Assembly (NCBI GenBank): GCA_047285805.1
Contig: JBJBCN010000003.1
Location: 832,001-896,000 of the forward strand
DNA length: 64,000 nt
From: Synechococcus sp.
GTDB lineage: Bacteria > Cyanobacteriota > Cyanobacteriia > PCC-6307 > Cyanobiaceae
Direction of reading: 5' to 3'
Shown: one piece after another, positions 33,886 to 43,168 of the stretch
Layout of the letters: each line of letters begins with the position of its first letter
Numbering within the stretch: the first letter of the stretch is position 1
Position numbers and translations under genes: made by a program
Notes under the pieces: model-generated
Told to the model about the DNA's origin: nothing
Database searches by the model: none
Seen by the model: only the letters and a program-made list of their open reading frames with translations

Positions 33886-34283
33886 GGCTGGGCGCTCACG
33901 TGACGGTTGAGCTGCTCGCGCAGGCTGGTGGCATCAAACAACACCGGCAGGAAGTGAATGCTCTCCTGTTCACGGAAATAGAACAGCACAGGGACGGGGC
34001 CCCAGAACACCGTCCAAGTCAGCCATTCGCTGTAGGGGAAGCGGCGCAGGACGGAGTCGCCGCGCCAGACGATCAGGGCATCGCCGCAGAACTGCAAACG
34101 CAGGATCTGGCTCTGGATGAGCAGGAAGAGCCCAAAGACGCTCACCAGGGCAGCCGCCCACAGGTTGATCAGCAGGCAGCCAAGGCCCAAGGCGAGGACG
34201 CCGATGGGCACCCAGACCCTTGGCGCCAGGATCGCGCCCTGGTCTGGGTTGGGGCCCGCGCCGGTCACGGTTGAAGGGCTCAT
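33882..34283 (-). CDS. DUF3119-family membrane protein
   Basis: RRFPYSEW, PVLFYFRE, SIHFLPVLFD. Confidence 0.8.
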   Translation of the reverse strand: MSPSTVTGAGPNPDQGAILAPRVWVPIGVLALGLGCLLINLWAAALVSVFGLFLLIQSQILRLQFCGDALIVWRGDSVLRRFPYSEWLTWTVFWGPVPVLFYFREQESIHFLPVLFDATSLREQLNRHVSAQP

Positions 34284-35053
34284 GAGCCGAAGAGCAATTG
34301 GGTCAAGACGACGTCCATCAGGGACACGGTCACCAAGATCATGACCACCGCACCGGTGGTGCTGGTGCCCACTTCCTTGGGGCCACCCCGGGTGGTCAAG
34401 CCCCAGCCGCAGGCGATGACGGCAATTTGCAGGCCGAAGACCCCGGCCTTCAGCAGCATCGCCGGCAGATCAGAGGGCTGCATCCAGCCCCGCACCGAGG
34501 TCCAGAAGACTTCCGGCGGGATGTTGTAGAGGATGGCGCTGCTGACCTGACCCGACCAGATCGCTACCCCGAAGAAGGCAAGGCATTGGACCGGGGTCAT
34601 TACGACCATCGCCAACAGGCGCGGAACCACCAGGTACTGAACCGGGTCGGTTCGCAGCATCGTGATCGCATCTATCTGTTCGGTGACCCTCATCGTGCCC
34701 AACTGCGCGGCGTAGGCCGTAGCGACCTTTCCGGTCACCAGCGTGGCGGTGAGGATCGGCGCAATCTCCCGGGCCAATCCCAGGGCAAGAATCCCGCCCA
34801 CGGTGGATCCGGCCCCCTGCTTGACCAGTTCCGAGGCGGCTTGGATGTTGAAAACCGTACCGGCCGCCAGGCCGGTGATAAGGATGATCAGGAAGCTGCC
34901 AGGGCCGGCCTCCATCAATTCGACGATCAGGTCGTTGGCGTTGATTTGGCCCTTGGCCAGGGCCGAGACGGCTTGGCCTCCAATCAGCAAACTCTCGCCC
35001 AGGCGAGTCAGCCAGCGGGGGCGAATCCAGGCGGGGAGGCGACGGGCGGGCAT
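34280..35053 (-). CDS. mlaE: MlaE/TGD1-family lipid ABC permease
   Basis: REIAP, AAQLGTMRVTEQIDA, DPVQYLVVPR, VGTSTT. Confidence 0.93.
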   Translation of the reverse strand: MPARRLPAWIRPRWLTRLGESLLIGGQAVSALAKGQINANDLIVELMEAGPGSFLIILITGLAAGTVFNIQAASELVKQGAGSTVGGILALGLAREIAPILTATLVTGKVATAYAAQLGTMRVTEQIDAITMLRTDPVQYLVVPRLLAMVVMTPVQCLAFFGVAIWSGQVSSAILYNIPPEVFWTSVRGWMQPSDLPAMLLKAGVFGLQIAVIACGWGLTTRGGPKEVGTSTTGAVVMILVTVSLMDVVLTQLLFGS

Positions 35054-35064
35054 GAAACGGTGAG

Positions 35065-36468
35065 CTAGCTGACGGGGGACTGACCTTGAAGGTGGAAGCC
35101 CCTCTCAGGCCAGCGGCGGGTCACCACCAAGCCAAGCACCACCAATACTGCGGGAATGATGCCCATGCAGAGCCGGATCGCCACCAGGGCACTGGTGGGT
35201 TGGGCGGTATTCGCCAGGGCTTCGTCGTAACCGCTGGCGCTCAGAACCATGCCCAATAGAGCGATCACGGCACTGATGCAGACCTTTTGGGCCAGGACCA
35301 TCCAGGCGGTGTATTGGCCGGCCGGCTTCTCCGGATCGGCGTCGATGGCATCCGGCAACAGGGACCAGGGGATCAGATAGGCGGTGGAGGCACCCACGCC
35401 GGCCAACACGATGGAGAGCAGCAGCAGGATCAGCTTGAACAGGTTGCTGGTGGCCAGCACCGGCAGGGCCGGGTTTAGCGGCTGCAGCACCATCACCAGC
35501 AGGCAGCCGGCAATCCAAAGCAGGCCGCCTTGTCGCAGGGCCTGAAGGCGTCCAGCCCGATGGGAGACGGTGTTCCAGAGCCAAAGCCCCCCAAGGGAGC
35601 TCAGCAGGAAGGGCAGCAGGATCAACTTGCTCAGCCCCTCGGGAACCTGGAGTACCACGGGCAGGAAGAAAAGGGACACCGCCTGCATCAGCTGCAGGGA
35701 ACACCACAGCAAGAGGTAAAGGCCCAGCACCATGAGGAAGCGCCCGTTCTGGACCACCCGACGCAGGAGTTTGCGGGTGGTGCCTGGGGTGGGTTCTGGC
35801 CGTTGGCAGTTGCGCGCAGAAGGCAGCAGGCCCCAGCCGCAGAGCAGGCCGGAGGCGCTGATGATCACGCCGGAGACCAAGCCGACGGGTAAGTAAGAGG
35901 AGGGATCACCCAGGTTCCCCACGAGCACCCCGGCGAGCAGGGCCGCGGTGATCGTGGCCAGGATCGAACCGGTGAAACGCGAGGTGTTGAGCCGGGTGCG
36001 CAGACCGACGTCTGTAGTCAGTTCAGCGGCGAGGGCCGTGTAGGGAAGGTTGACGCAGGTATAGAGGCTGTTGGCGACGACCGAGACCACCAAGAACACC
36101 CAGAACTTGGTCCAGATGCTTTCCCACGGGGGGAGCCACCACATGAGAGCCATCGAAGCCCCCAGGGGAACGGCGCTCCAGAGGATCCAGGGGAGACGGG
36201 GACCGAGTTTGGCGTTGACGGTCTTGTCGCTCAACCAGCCGACAATCGGATCATTGACGGCGTCCCAGAGCCGTCCCAGTCCATAGGCTAGACCCGCCAG
36301 CCAGGGAGGGAGGCCTGCTGCGACGTAAAAGCGCAGCAGATAGAAGCCGATGAGGGAGGCGCCCATGCCGGTGCCCACGTCCCCGAGGCCATAGGCCCAA
36401 AGCAAACGCTGCCGAGGCCGGCCCCGCAGATCGGCGGCATCGCTAGGGGCTTGAGGCGTGGCGGCCAA
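35065..36468 (-). CDS. GPH (MelB-like) MFS transporter
   Basis: YGLGD, WDAVNDPIVGWLSD, LPYTAL, PWSLLPD. Confidence 0.9.
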   Translation of the reverse strand: MAATPQAPSDAADLRGRPRQRLLWAYGLGDVGTGMGASLIGFYLLRFYVAAGLPPWLAGLAYGLGRLWDAVNDPIVGWLSDKTVNAKLGPRLPWILWSAVPLGASMALMWWLPPWESIWTKFWVFLVVSVVANSLYTCVNLPYTALAAELTTDVGLRTRLNTSRFTGSILATITAALLAGVLVGNLGDPSSYLPVGLVSGVIISASGLLCGWGLLPSARNCQRPEPTPGTTRKLLRRVVQNGRFLMVLGLYLLLWCSLQLMQAVSLFFLPVVLQVPEGLSKLILLPFLLSSLGGLWLWNTVSHRAGRLQALRQGGLLWIAGCLLVMVLQPLNPALPVLATSNLFKLILLLLSIVLAGVGASTAYLIPWSLLPDAIDADPEKPAGQYTAWMVLAQKVCISAVIALLGMVLSASGYDEALANTAQPTSALVAIRLCMGIIPAVLVVLGLVVTRRWPERGFHLQGQSPVS

Positions 36469-36565
36469 GGACGCTGTTCCAAACGCAGGTCATAATGCTC
36501 TAGTAAGCGCGAAAGCCGTTCTGCTGACGCTCAGCGCAAGACGCATGTAGTGCGTTTGTACTGCT

Positions 36566-36636
<71 letters not shown>

Positions 36637-36640
36637 TCGT

Positions 36641-38698
36641 TTAAAAGCAGCTCTGCTCGACCAAGAGCACCAGGCTGCGGCTCTTTAGGACTTGTGTCGA
36701 ACCACTCCAGAGTTGAGGCTCTGCGGGCGCAGCAGTGGCCCCAGCGGTGTTAACGACCTGGAGCCAACCGCGAGCGGCCTTGGGCACTTCGAAGCGCAGG
36801 TCCTCGGAGTAGGCGTTCATGCCGCACCAGACCAGAGGGCCGCGTTGGCGATCATTCAGACTCCAGGCCAGGGTGTGGGACCAGCTGGCCCAGTCCGGTT
36901 GGCCGAGTTTGGTGCCGTGCCACTGGCGAATCAGGTGCCCTGGTTGATCGAAGCGGGGTGACTTGGCTTCCGAGTGGGGCACCTCCGGATTGAACAAATT
37001 CGCCCAGTGGTGTCGAATTTGAATCAGGCGTTGCAGAAATTGCTTGAGGGCGAGATCGTCAGCATCCGGCGCCCAGTGCATCCAGCCGAGGATGTTGTTC
37101 TGGCACCAGGTGTTGTTGTTGCCGCCTTGGCTGCGTCGCACTTCATCGCCCATCAGCAGCATCGGCACCCCAGGGGCCAGGAGCAGTGAGGCCAGCAGGT
37201 TTCGAAGTTGTCGGTTCCGCAGCGCGTTGATTTCGGGGGCACTGCAGGGCCCCTCGGCGCCGTGATTCCAATTGTTGTTGTGGTTATCCCCGTCGCGGTT
37301 GTCCTCGCCGTTAGCCAGGTTGTGTTTGCCGCCGTAGCTGACGAGATCGCTCAGGGTGTAGCCGTCATGGGCGGTCAGGAAGGTGATGCTGCGGCCGAGT
37401 GCCGCCGGCTGGCCCCCAAAGAGATCCGGACTGCCGCTGAGCCGTTGTCCCATCGCCCAGCAGCTCTTCTCATCCCCTTTCCAGAAGCGGCGGATGTCAT
37501 CGCGGAAGCGACCGTTCCAGCTGCCAATGCGCTTGGCGGGGAAATCAGCGAGCCGGTAGAGCCCGCCGCAGTCCCAGGGTTCACTCACCAACTTCAGATC
37601 GGAAAGTTCAGGATCGGCTTCGATCTCTTCAAAAAGCGGTGGTTTGTCCAGGGGGGCCAGTTCTTCGCCGCGGCTCAGGGCGATGCCCAGGTCGAAGCGG
37701 AAGCCATCGACCCCGAGCTCTAGGGCCCAGCAGCGCATGGACTCGAGGATCAGGTGCCGTACCAGGGGGCGGTTGGCAGCGATGGAGTTGCCGCAGCCGC
37801 TGACATCGAGGTAATCGCCCTTGGCGTTCTGGTGGTAGTAGAGGCGGTCGTCGATGCCGCGCCAGCTCAGGGTGGGGCCGGCTTGGTTGCCCTCGCAGGT
37901 GTGGTTGTAGACCACATCCACCAGTACCTCGAGACCGGCCTGATGGAATGCGGTCACCAGTTGGCGCACCTGATCGCGGATCTGCAGCGGATCGTCTCCC
38001 TGCTGGTAGCCGTTGTGGGGGGCAAGCCAACTCAAGGGGCTGTAGCCCCAGTAGTTCATCCGCCCTTTCGGGGCGTCATGGGGGTCGAAGGCCATCACCG
38101 GCAGCAATTCGACCGTGGTGATGCCTAATTCCTTGAGATAAGGAATCAGTTCGATCAGCCCCAGGTAGGTACCCTGGGCCTCAGGGTTGACGGGGCTGCC
38201 CTGGCCGCGGCTGATGCCCCCCACATGCAGTTCATAGATGAGGGTTCTCTGCCAGTTGTGGCGCGGCCTCGGTGCAGCACTGAAATCAAAGCGATCGCGC
38301 TCAGTTATCACCCCCTTGAGGCATGTCGACGTGTTCGGCATCCCGCCGAGGGCATCGGAGCGCTGATAAACGTCCCACCCCGTGATGGCGCGGGCGCAAG
38401 GGTCAAGCAACAATTTGGAGGGGTTATATCCGTGTTGCCCCGGTTGGAGAGGGCCAAAGACTCGGTAGGCGTAGCAGCCGCCAATGCCGACGCCCTCCAC
38501 CTCGACGTGCCAAATGTCCCCGGAGCGGTGGTGGTGGCTACTCAGCTCAACGGTTTGCTCGGGTTCTCTGGCGTTCCCATCGCGGAACAGCAGCAACTCG
38601 ATTCGGCTGGCACTGGGGGCGGCCAGGGAGAAATTCACCCCCCTGGAGGTGGCTTGTGCCCCCAAGGGCCAGGGCTGTCCGAGGTGGATCGAAGCCAA
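36641..38698 (-). CDS. glgX: Glycogen debranching enzyme (isoamylase)
   Basis: GQPWPLGA, NYWGY, DVVYNHT, DGFRFDL, EPWD, AHDG, QGGNNNTWCQ. Confidence 0.96.
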   Translation of the reverse strand: MASIHLGQPWPLGAQATSRGVNFSLAAPSASRIELLLFRDGNAREPEQTVELSSHHHRSGDIWHVEVEGVGIGGCYAYRVFGPLQPGQHGYNPSKLLLDPCARAITGWDVYQRSDALGGMPNTSTCLKGVITERDRFDFSAAPRPRHNWQRTLIYELHVGGISRGQGSPVNPEAQGTYLGLIELIPYLKELGITTVELLPVMAFDPHDAPKGRMNYWGYSPLSWLAPHNGYQQGDDPLQIRDQVRQLVTAFHQAGLEVLVDVVYNHTCEGNQAGPTLSWRGIDDRLYYHQNAKGDYLDVSGCGNSIAANRPLVRHLILESMRCWALELGVDGFRFDLGIALSRGEELAPLDKPPLFEEIEADPELSDLKLVSEPWDCGGLYRLADFPAKRIGSWNGRFRDDIRRFWKGDEKSCWAMGQRLSGSPDLFGGQPAALGRSITFLTAHDGYTLSDLVSYGGKHNLANGEDNRDGDNHNNNWNHGAEGPCSAPEINALRNRQLRNLLASLLLAPGVPMLLMGDEVRRSQGGNNNTWCQNNILGWMHWAPDADDLALKQFLQRLIQIRHHWANLFNPEVPHSEAKSPRFDQPGHLIRQWHGTKLGQPDWASWSHTLAWSLNDRQRGPLVWCGMNAYSEDLRFEVPKAARGWLQVVNTAGATAAPAEPQLWSGSTQVLKSRSLVLLVEQSCF

Positions 38699-38754
38699 TG
38701 GATCCTGCGGGCTGCTGTCACAAACTAAAGGTGGTCGAGAGGATGCGCTCTGTC

Positions 38755-39489
38755 ATGAGTGAGCAGAATTCCCAGCCGGCCGTATCCGGCTCGGTCTTTG
38801 CAGAGGCTCTGCCGGATGGCCGTCCGCCCCGGCAAGTGCTTGAGCACCTCTGGTTGTTTGCCCCCAACCGCGAAACGCTGGGTGGTTCGGCATGGTGGCT
38901 GGAGACCCCGGATTTGGATGGCTGTTCTGGCCTGCTGATCGATTGCCCGGGTCTGAGCGAGGCGAACTTGGATTTCCTCAGGCAGCGCGGCCCAGGTCGT
39001 CTGGTCTTGACCAGCCGGGATGGCCAAGGGCGCACGCGCCGGTTCCAAGACGCGTTGGGCTGGCCGGTTTCTCTGCAGGAGCAGGAGGCCTATCTCCTGC
39101 CCAACGTGGTGGGGCTTGAACCGTTCGCTTCTGAGCACTCCCTCGGTCCCGGTTACCGCCTGCGCTGGACTCCTGGGCCGACGCCCGGCAGTGCCGTTCT
39201 TCTCGCTGATCGGGCATTTAACGGTGCGCCTTTGCTTTTCTGTGGGCGGCTTCTGAGTCCTGTCGCTGAAGGACAAGCCCGTCCCTTGCGCACCCGCCGG
39301 TCTTTCCATTGGGGGCGCTGGCTGCGCAGTCTTGAGGCCCTGAAGGACTGGTTGCCCAGCTCCGCCCCGGTCGGTTTAGCCAGCGGCGCGGGCCTGGGGG
39401 CCCTGCGCGGCGAGGCCCTCATCTCCGACGCTCAGAAGCAGTTGGAGTCCTTGGATTGGGCGGCCCTTGAGGAGCAGGACCCCCTCTAG
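38755..39489 (+). CDS. Metallo-beta-lactamase-fold protein, metal ligands degenerate
   Basis: PNRETLGG, LLIDCP, QEQEAYLLP, WTPGPTPGS, LFCGRLL. Confidence 0.7.
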   Translation: MSEQNSQPAVSGSVFAEALPDGRPPRQVLEHLWLFAPNRETLGGSAWWLETPDLDGCSGLLIDCPGLSEANLDFLRQRGPGRLVLTSRDGQGRTRRFQDALGWPVSLQEQEAYLLPNVVGLEPFASEHSLGPGYRLRWTPGPTPGSAVLLADRAFNGAPLLFCGRLLSPVAEGQARPLRTRRSFHWGRWLRSLEALKDWLPSSAPVGLASGAGLGALRGEALISDAQKQLESLDWAALEEQDPL

Positions 39490-39579
39490 AGGACGGCTCA
39501 TTCGGGCACAAAAGGGCACAAAAGCGCTGATTTCGGCAGCAAATGTGGCAAAAACGGCATGGGAAAAGGGGTTTTGAGG

Positions 39580-39608
39580 TTGCCGCTCCTTGCTAACCCC
39601 CATACCAT
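39580..39608 (+). promoter_or_regulatory. Candidate sigma70 promoter of hup
   Basis: TTGCCG-17 nt-TACCAT with phased A-tracts directly upstream. Confidence 0.55.
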
Positions 39609-39684
39609 TGGCGCGCTGAAACCAGTGGTGGCGGGGCTTTCTCTCTCCGCCCTGCTGCTACTGAGCCCAGAGGCTTCCATTCCG

Positions 39685-39960
39685 ATGAACAAAGCTGACC
39701 TCGTCAATCTCGTGGCTGCTCGCACCGAGTTGACCAAGACCGACGTGGCCCAGGTGGTCGACGCGGCTATCGACACCATCATCGATTCGGTTGTCGAAGG
39801 CAAAAAGGTGTCGATCCTTGGCTTCGGCTCCTTCGAGCCCCGTGAGCGTTCCGCCCGCCAAGGCCTGAACCCCAAGACCGGCCAAAAGATCAAGATCCCA
39901 GCCAAGCGCGTGCCTGCTTTCACCGCCGGCAAACTGTTCAAGGATCGCGTTCAGGGCTGA
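39685..39960 (+). CDS. hup: DNA-binding protein HU
   Basis: MNKADLV, GFGSF, RQGLNPKTG, PAFTAGK. Confidence 0.97.
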   Translation: MNKADLVNLVAARTELTKTDVAQVVDAAIDTIIDSVVEGKKVSILGFGSFEPRERSARQGLNPKTGQKIKIPAKRVPAFTAGKLFKDRVQG

Positions 39961-39992
39961 TCGCACTCCATCGATTCGCGATGTAGAGCAGG

Positions 39993-40016
39993 GGGCGGCC
40001 TTCGGGCCGCCCTTTT
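39993..40016 (+). terminator. Intrinsic terminator after hup
   Basis: GGGCGGCC-TTCG-GGCCGCCC-TTTT. Confidence 0.9.
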
Positions 40017-40033
40017 GCATGTCAGGGTTCTCA

Positions 40034-41002
40034 ATGGCTGACCTGCTCCCTCACCACCTCAGGTCCCTGCAGGTCGAGGTTGCTGATCTCCGGGCATCGT
40101 CTCGCCGGGGGCGCTATGCCCCCTCGCCGACAGGGCGGCTGCATCTGGGCAATCTGCGCACGGCCCTGCTGTCTTGGCTGATTACTCGGCTCCAAGGCGG
40201 GGAGTGGTTGCTGCGCATCGACGATCTCGATACACCACGCAACCGCCCCGGCGCTGAAGCCTTTATTGAGGAGGACCTGCGCTGGCTGGGGTTGTTCTGG
40301 GATGGTCCGGTGCTACGCCAGAGCAAACGCCGTGGTCTATACGCGACGGTTCTTTCGGCGTTGCGTCGCAGTGGTCAGATCTACCCCTGCCGCTGCAGCC
40401 GCCGGATGTTGGCGGATGTCTCGGCCCCCCATGGTCGATCGGGGGTCTATCCCGGTTTCTGCCGATCCCTGCCTCCCCGTTGGGGTCTGGAGGAGCAACG
40501 CCTGCCCAGTTGGCGGTTGCGTCTTGAGCCGGGCTGGCTCCGCTGGCAGGAGGAGCTGGGTCCCGAGGGTCGCTTAGACGGCCCCGAGGAGGTGGGCGAC
40601 GTGGTCTTGCGTCGGGCGGATGGCTTCTTGGCCTATCACCTGGCGACCGCGGTCGATGAGTGGGCTCTCGGGATTTCTGATGTTGTTCGCGGCCTGGATC
40701 TCTGGCCGGCCACCGGACCGCAGGTCGCTGTGCTGGAGCGCTTGGGTATTGAGCCGCCCCGCTATTGGCACCTGCCGCTCTGGATGGATGGCCAGGGCCA
40801 GCGCCTCTCCAAACGCGATGGCGGTCAGGGGCTCGCCGCCTGGCAGGCGGAAGGCCTGGGGCCTAATGCCGTGATTGGACGCTTGGCTGCTTCTCTTGAC
40901 CTGGTCCCACAGGGTGCTGAGCTCAGCGCGCTGGAGCTTTTGCAGCAGTGCCAGTTGGAGTGTTTGCGTCGGCACCTGACCCAGCCCAGGGCCGAGTCTT
41001 AA
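40034..41002 (+). CDS. gluQ: Glutamyl-Q tRNA(Asp) synthetase
   Basis: RYAPSPTGRLHLGN, YPCRCSR, YHLATAVD, LSKR; no anticodon-binding domain. Confidence 0.92.
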   Translation: MADLLPHHLRSLQVEVADLRASSRRGRYAPSPTGRLHLGNLRTALLSWLITRLQGGEWLLRIDDLDTPRNRPGAEAFIEEDLRWLGLFWDGPVLRQSKRRGLYATVLSALRRSGQIYPCRCSRRMLADVSAPHGRSGVYPGFCRSLPPRWGLEEQRLPSWRLRLEPGWLRWQEELGPEGRLDGPEEVGDVVLRRADGFLAYHLATAVDEWALGISDVVRGLDLWPATGPQVAVLERLGIEPPRYWHLPLWMDGQGQRLSKRDGGQGLAAWQAEGLGPNAVIGRLAASLDLVPQGAELSALELLQQCQLECLRRHLTQPRAES

Positions 41003-41065
41003 GGATCCCTTTGGGATCGAATCCGCTTGCTGGGAGCAGAGTGACTCAATCACCAGGTGCGGCCC

Positions 41066-41242
41066 ATGGCCAGGTCCGAGGAGCGGGGAAACAAAACTGC
41101 GAAACAGGGCTCTCAGCCCTGTTCCAGTTGTGGTGGCAGCGGGATACAGCGCACCCAAGTCGCTGGTTATCGCACGTGTTTGCAGTGCGTTGGTCAGGGC
41201 ACAGTCCTGGTGATCAACGCTTCGTCTTCTGCCGCCAGATGA
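41066..41242 (+). CDS. Small DnaJ-type zinc-finger protein
   Basis: CSSCGGSG and CLQCVGQG (two CxxCxGxG motifs). Confidence 0.7.
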   Translation: MARSEERGNKTAKQGSQPCSSCGGSGIQRTQVAGYRTCLQCVGQGTVLVINASSSAAR

Positions 41243-41598
41243 AGAACGCCGTCGTGCCCACAACCGCCAAAAGAGGGGTGGCGGTCAGTAGGAGCAGAGC
41301 AAGGGAGGTCCAGTCGGTGTACATCGCGGCCAAGGCGCAATCGGCGCTCATCCTCTCAGGCGCTCTGCTCGTTTTGAACTGTTGCTTGGCCTTGGCTCCC
41401 GCCCAGGCTGGTGTTGCCTTTGATGACTGTCAGCCGACGCCGGATGGGGGGGTGACCTGCAATACCCGGCCAACGGGAAACACCCTCCTGGACGACGAGG
41501 CGGCCCGCTACGGCCTGTTCAATGAAGCCAGCCCCGGCTGGGCTGAATATGACCCCTATCAGGGCTACGACGACATGTTCGGAGGAAACGAGACCTGA
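41239..41598 (+). CDS. Hypothetical secreted protein
   Basis: ATGA overlap with the upstream gene; hydrophobic stretch ending AQA; acidic mature part with two Cys; start uncertain. Confidence 0.6.
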   Translation: MKNAVVPTTAKRGVAVSRSRAREVQSVYIAAKAQSALILSGALLVLNCCLALAPAQAGVAFDDCQPTPDGGVTCNTRPTGNTLLDDEAARYGLFNEASPGWAEYDPYQGYDDMFGGNET

Positions 41599-41700
41599 TC
41601 AGCCCAAGCCCGACAGCTGACGAATCCGTTCAAGGTTTGGCTGGATCAAGAGGGGCTCCGTAGGATCCGCCTCACCTCGTGTTCGCTGAGCCAGCCCCCG

Positions 41701-42702
41701 ATGGAGCTCACCTACCGCCCCCGCCGCCTGCGCCGTTCCCCTGCCTTGCGGGCCATGGTTCGGGAGACCTCCCTCAGCCCGACTGACTTCATCTATCCCC
41801 TTTTTGTTCACGAGGGGGCTAGCAATGAGCCGATCGGGGCCATGCCGGGTTGCCAGCGCTGGAGCCTCGATGGGCTGGTGCAGGAAGTCGGTCGCGCCTG
41901 GGACCTCGGGATCCGCTGCGTGGTCCTTTTCCCCAAGGTGGCCGATGGCCTGAAGACCGAAGACGGCGCTGAGTGCTTCAACGAAGGAGGCCTAATCCCT
42001 CGGGCGATCCGCCGACTGAAGGAGGTGCATCCCGAGATGGCGATCATGACCGACGTCGCCCTTGACCCTTATTCCTGCGATGGCCATGACGGGATCGTCA
42101 GCGGCGAAGGGGTCGTTCTCAATGACGAAACCGTGACACTGCTTTGCAAACAGGCCGTGGCTCAGGCCCGTGCCGGTGCTGATCTGATCGGTCCCAGCGA
42201 CATGATGGATGGGCGTGTCGGCGCCATCCGCGAAGCCCTCGATGAGGAAGGCTTCGAGCACGTCGGGATCATCAGCTACACGGCGAAATACTCCTCGGCG
42301 TATTACGGCCCCTTCCGCGAAGCTTTGGATTCCGCTCCCCGTGCGGTGGCCAGTAAGCCCATCCCAAAGGACAAGTCCACCTACCAGATGGATCCGGCCA
42401 ACGCCCGCGAGGCCATCACTGAGGCCCAGCTCGACGAGCAAGAGGGCGCCGACATCATGATGGTCAAGCCCGGTCTGGCTTACCTCGACATCATTCACCG
42501 TCTCCGCGAGGAGAGTGAGTTGCCGATCGCGGCCTACAACGTCAGTGGCGAGTACGCGATGGTTAAGGCGGCCGCGGAGAAGGGCTGGATCGATGAGCGC
42601 GCGGTAGTGCTCGAAACCCTGCTCTGCTTCAAGCGCGCCGGAGCTGACCTGATCCTCACCTATCACGCCTGTGATGCGGCTGAGTGGATGCGCCAGGGCT
42701 GA
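41701..42702 (+). CDS. hemB: Porphobilinogen synthase
   Basis: RPRRLR, PSDMMDGR, YYGPFREA, MVKPG, YNVSGEY. Confidence 0.98.
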   Translation: MELTYRPRRLRRSPALRAMVRETSLSPTDFIYPLFVHEGASNEPIGAMPGCQRWSLDGLVQEVGRAWDLGIRCVVLFPKVADGLKTEDGAECFNEGGLIPRAIRRLKEVHPEMAIMTDVALDPYSCDGHDGIVSGEGVVLNDETVTLLCKQAVAQARAGADLIGPSDMMDGRVGAIREALDEEGFEHVGIISYTAKYSSAYYGPFREALDSAPRAVASKPIPKDKSTYQMDPANAREAITEAQLDEQEGADIMMVKPGLAYLDIIHRLREESELPIAAYNVSGEYAMVKAAAEKGWIDERAVVLETLLCFKRAGADLILTYHACDAAEWMRQG

Positions 42703-42763
42703 ACCGGCCCATCAACGGTTGAGACAGCGGCCAGCTCACAATGGGTTGGTCGACTCGTATCCC

Positions 42764-43168
42764 ATGTCCTGCAACCATCGCCTTGGCCATGTCGCCCTGC
42801 GGGTGCAGGACATTGAGCGGGCCAAGCGCTTTTATCTCGACTTAGGTCTGCGGCTGACCTGGGAAGCAGACGACTGGTGCTACGTCCAGTGGCCTACCGG
42901 TGAGGGTATTGCTCTGCTCAGCCCGGACTACAAGGCGGCTGGCCCCCACTTCGCCTTTCACGTCCAGAACCGCTCCGAAGTGGACCAGATGCGCGAGCAG
43001 CTGCTGGCCAAGGGTCACTCCTGCGGTCCGGTGCACGACCACCGCGATGGCACGGCCTCCTTCTACATGCAGGATCCTGAGGGCAACTGGCTGGAGATGC
43101 TCTACGAGCCCAAGGGTGGGCTGCCCTCCAATGTCGGAGCTGAACCGATTCCTTTGACCTACTTGTGA
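42764..43168 (+). CDS. VOC/glyoxalase family protein
   Basis: LGHVALRV, FY..LG, HFAF, DPEGNWLE. Confidence 0.9.
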   Translation: MSCNHRLGHVALRVQDIERAKRFYLDLGLRLTWEADDWCYVQWPTGEGIALLSPDYKAAGPHFAFHVQNRSEVDQMREQLLAKGHSCGPVHDHRDGTASFYMQDPEGNWLEMLYEPKGGLPSNVGAEPIPLTYL

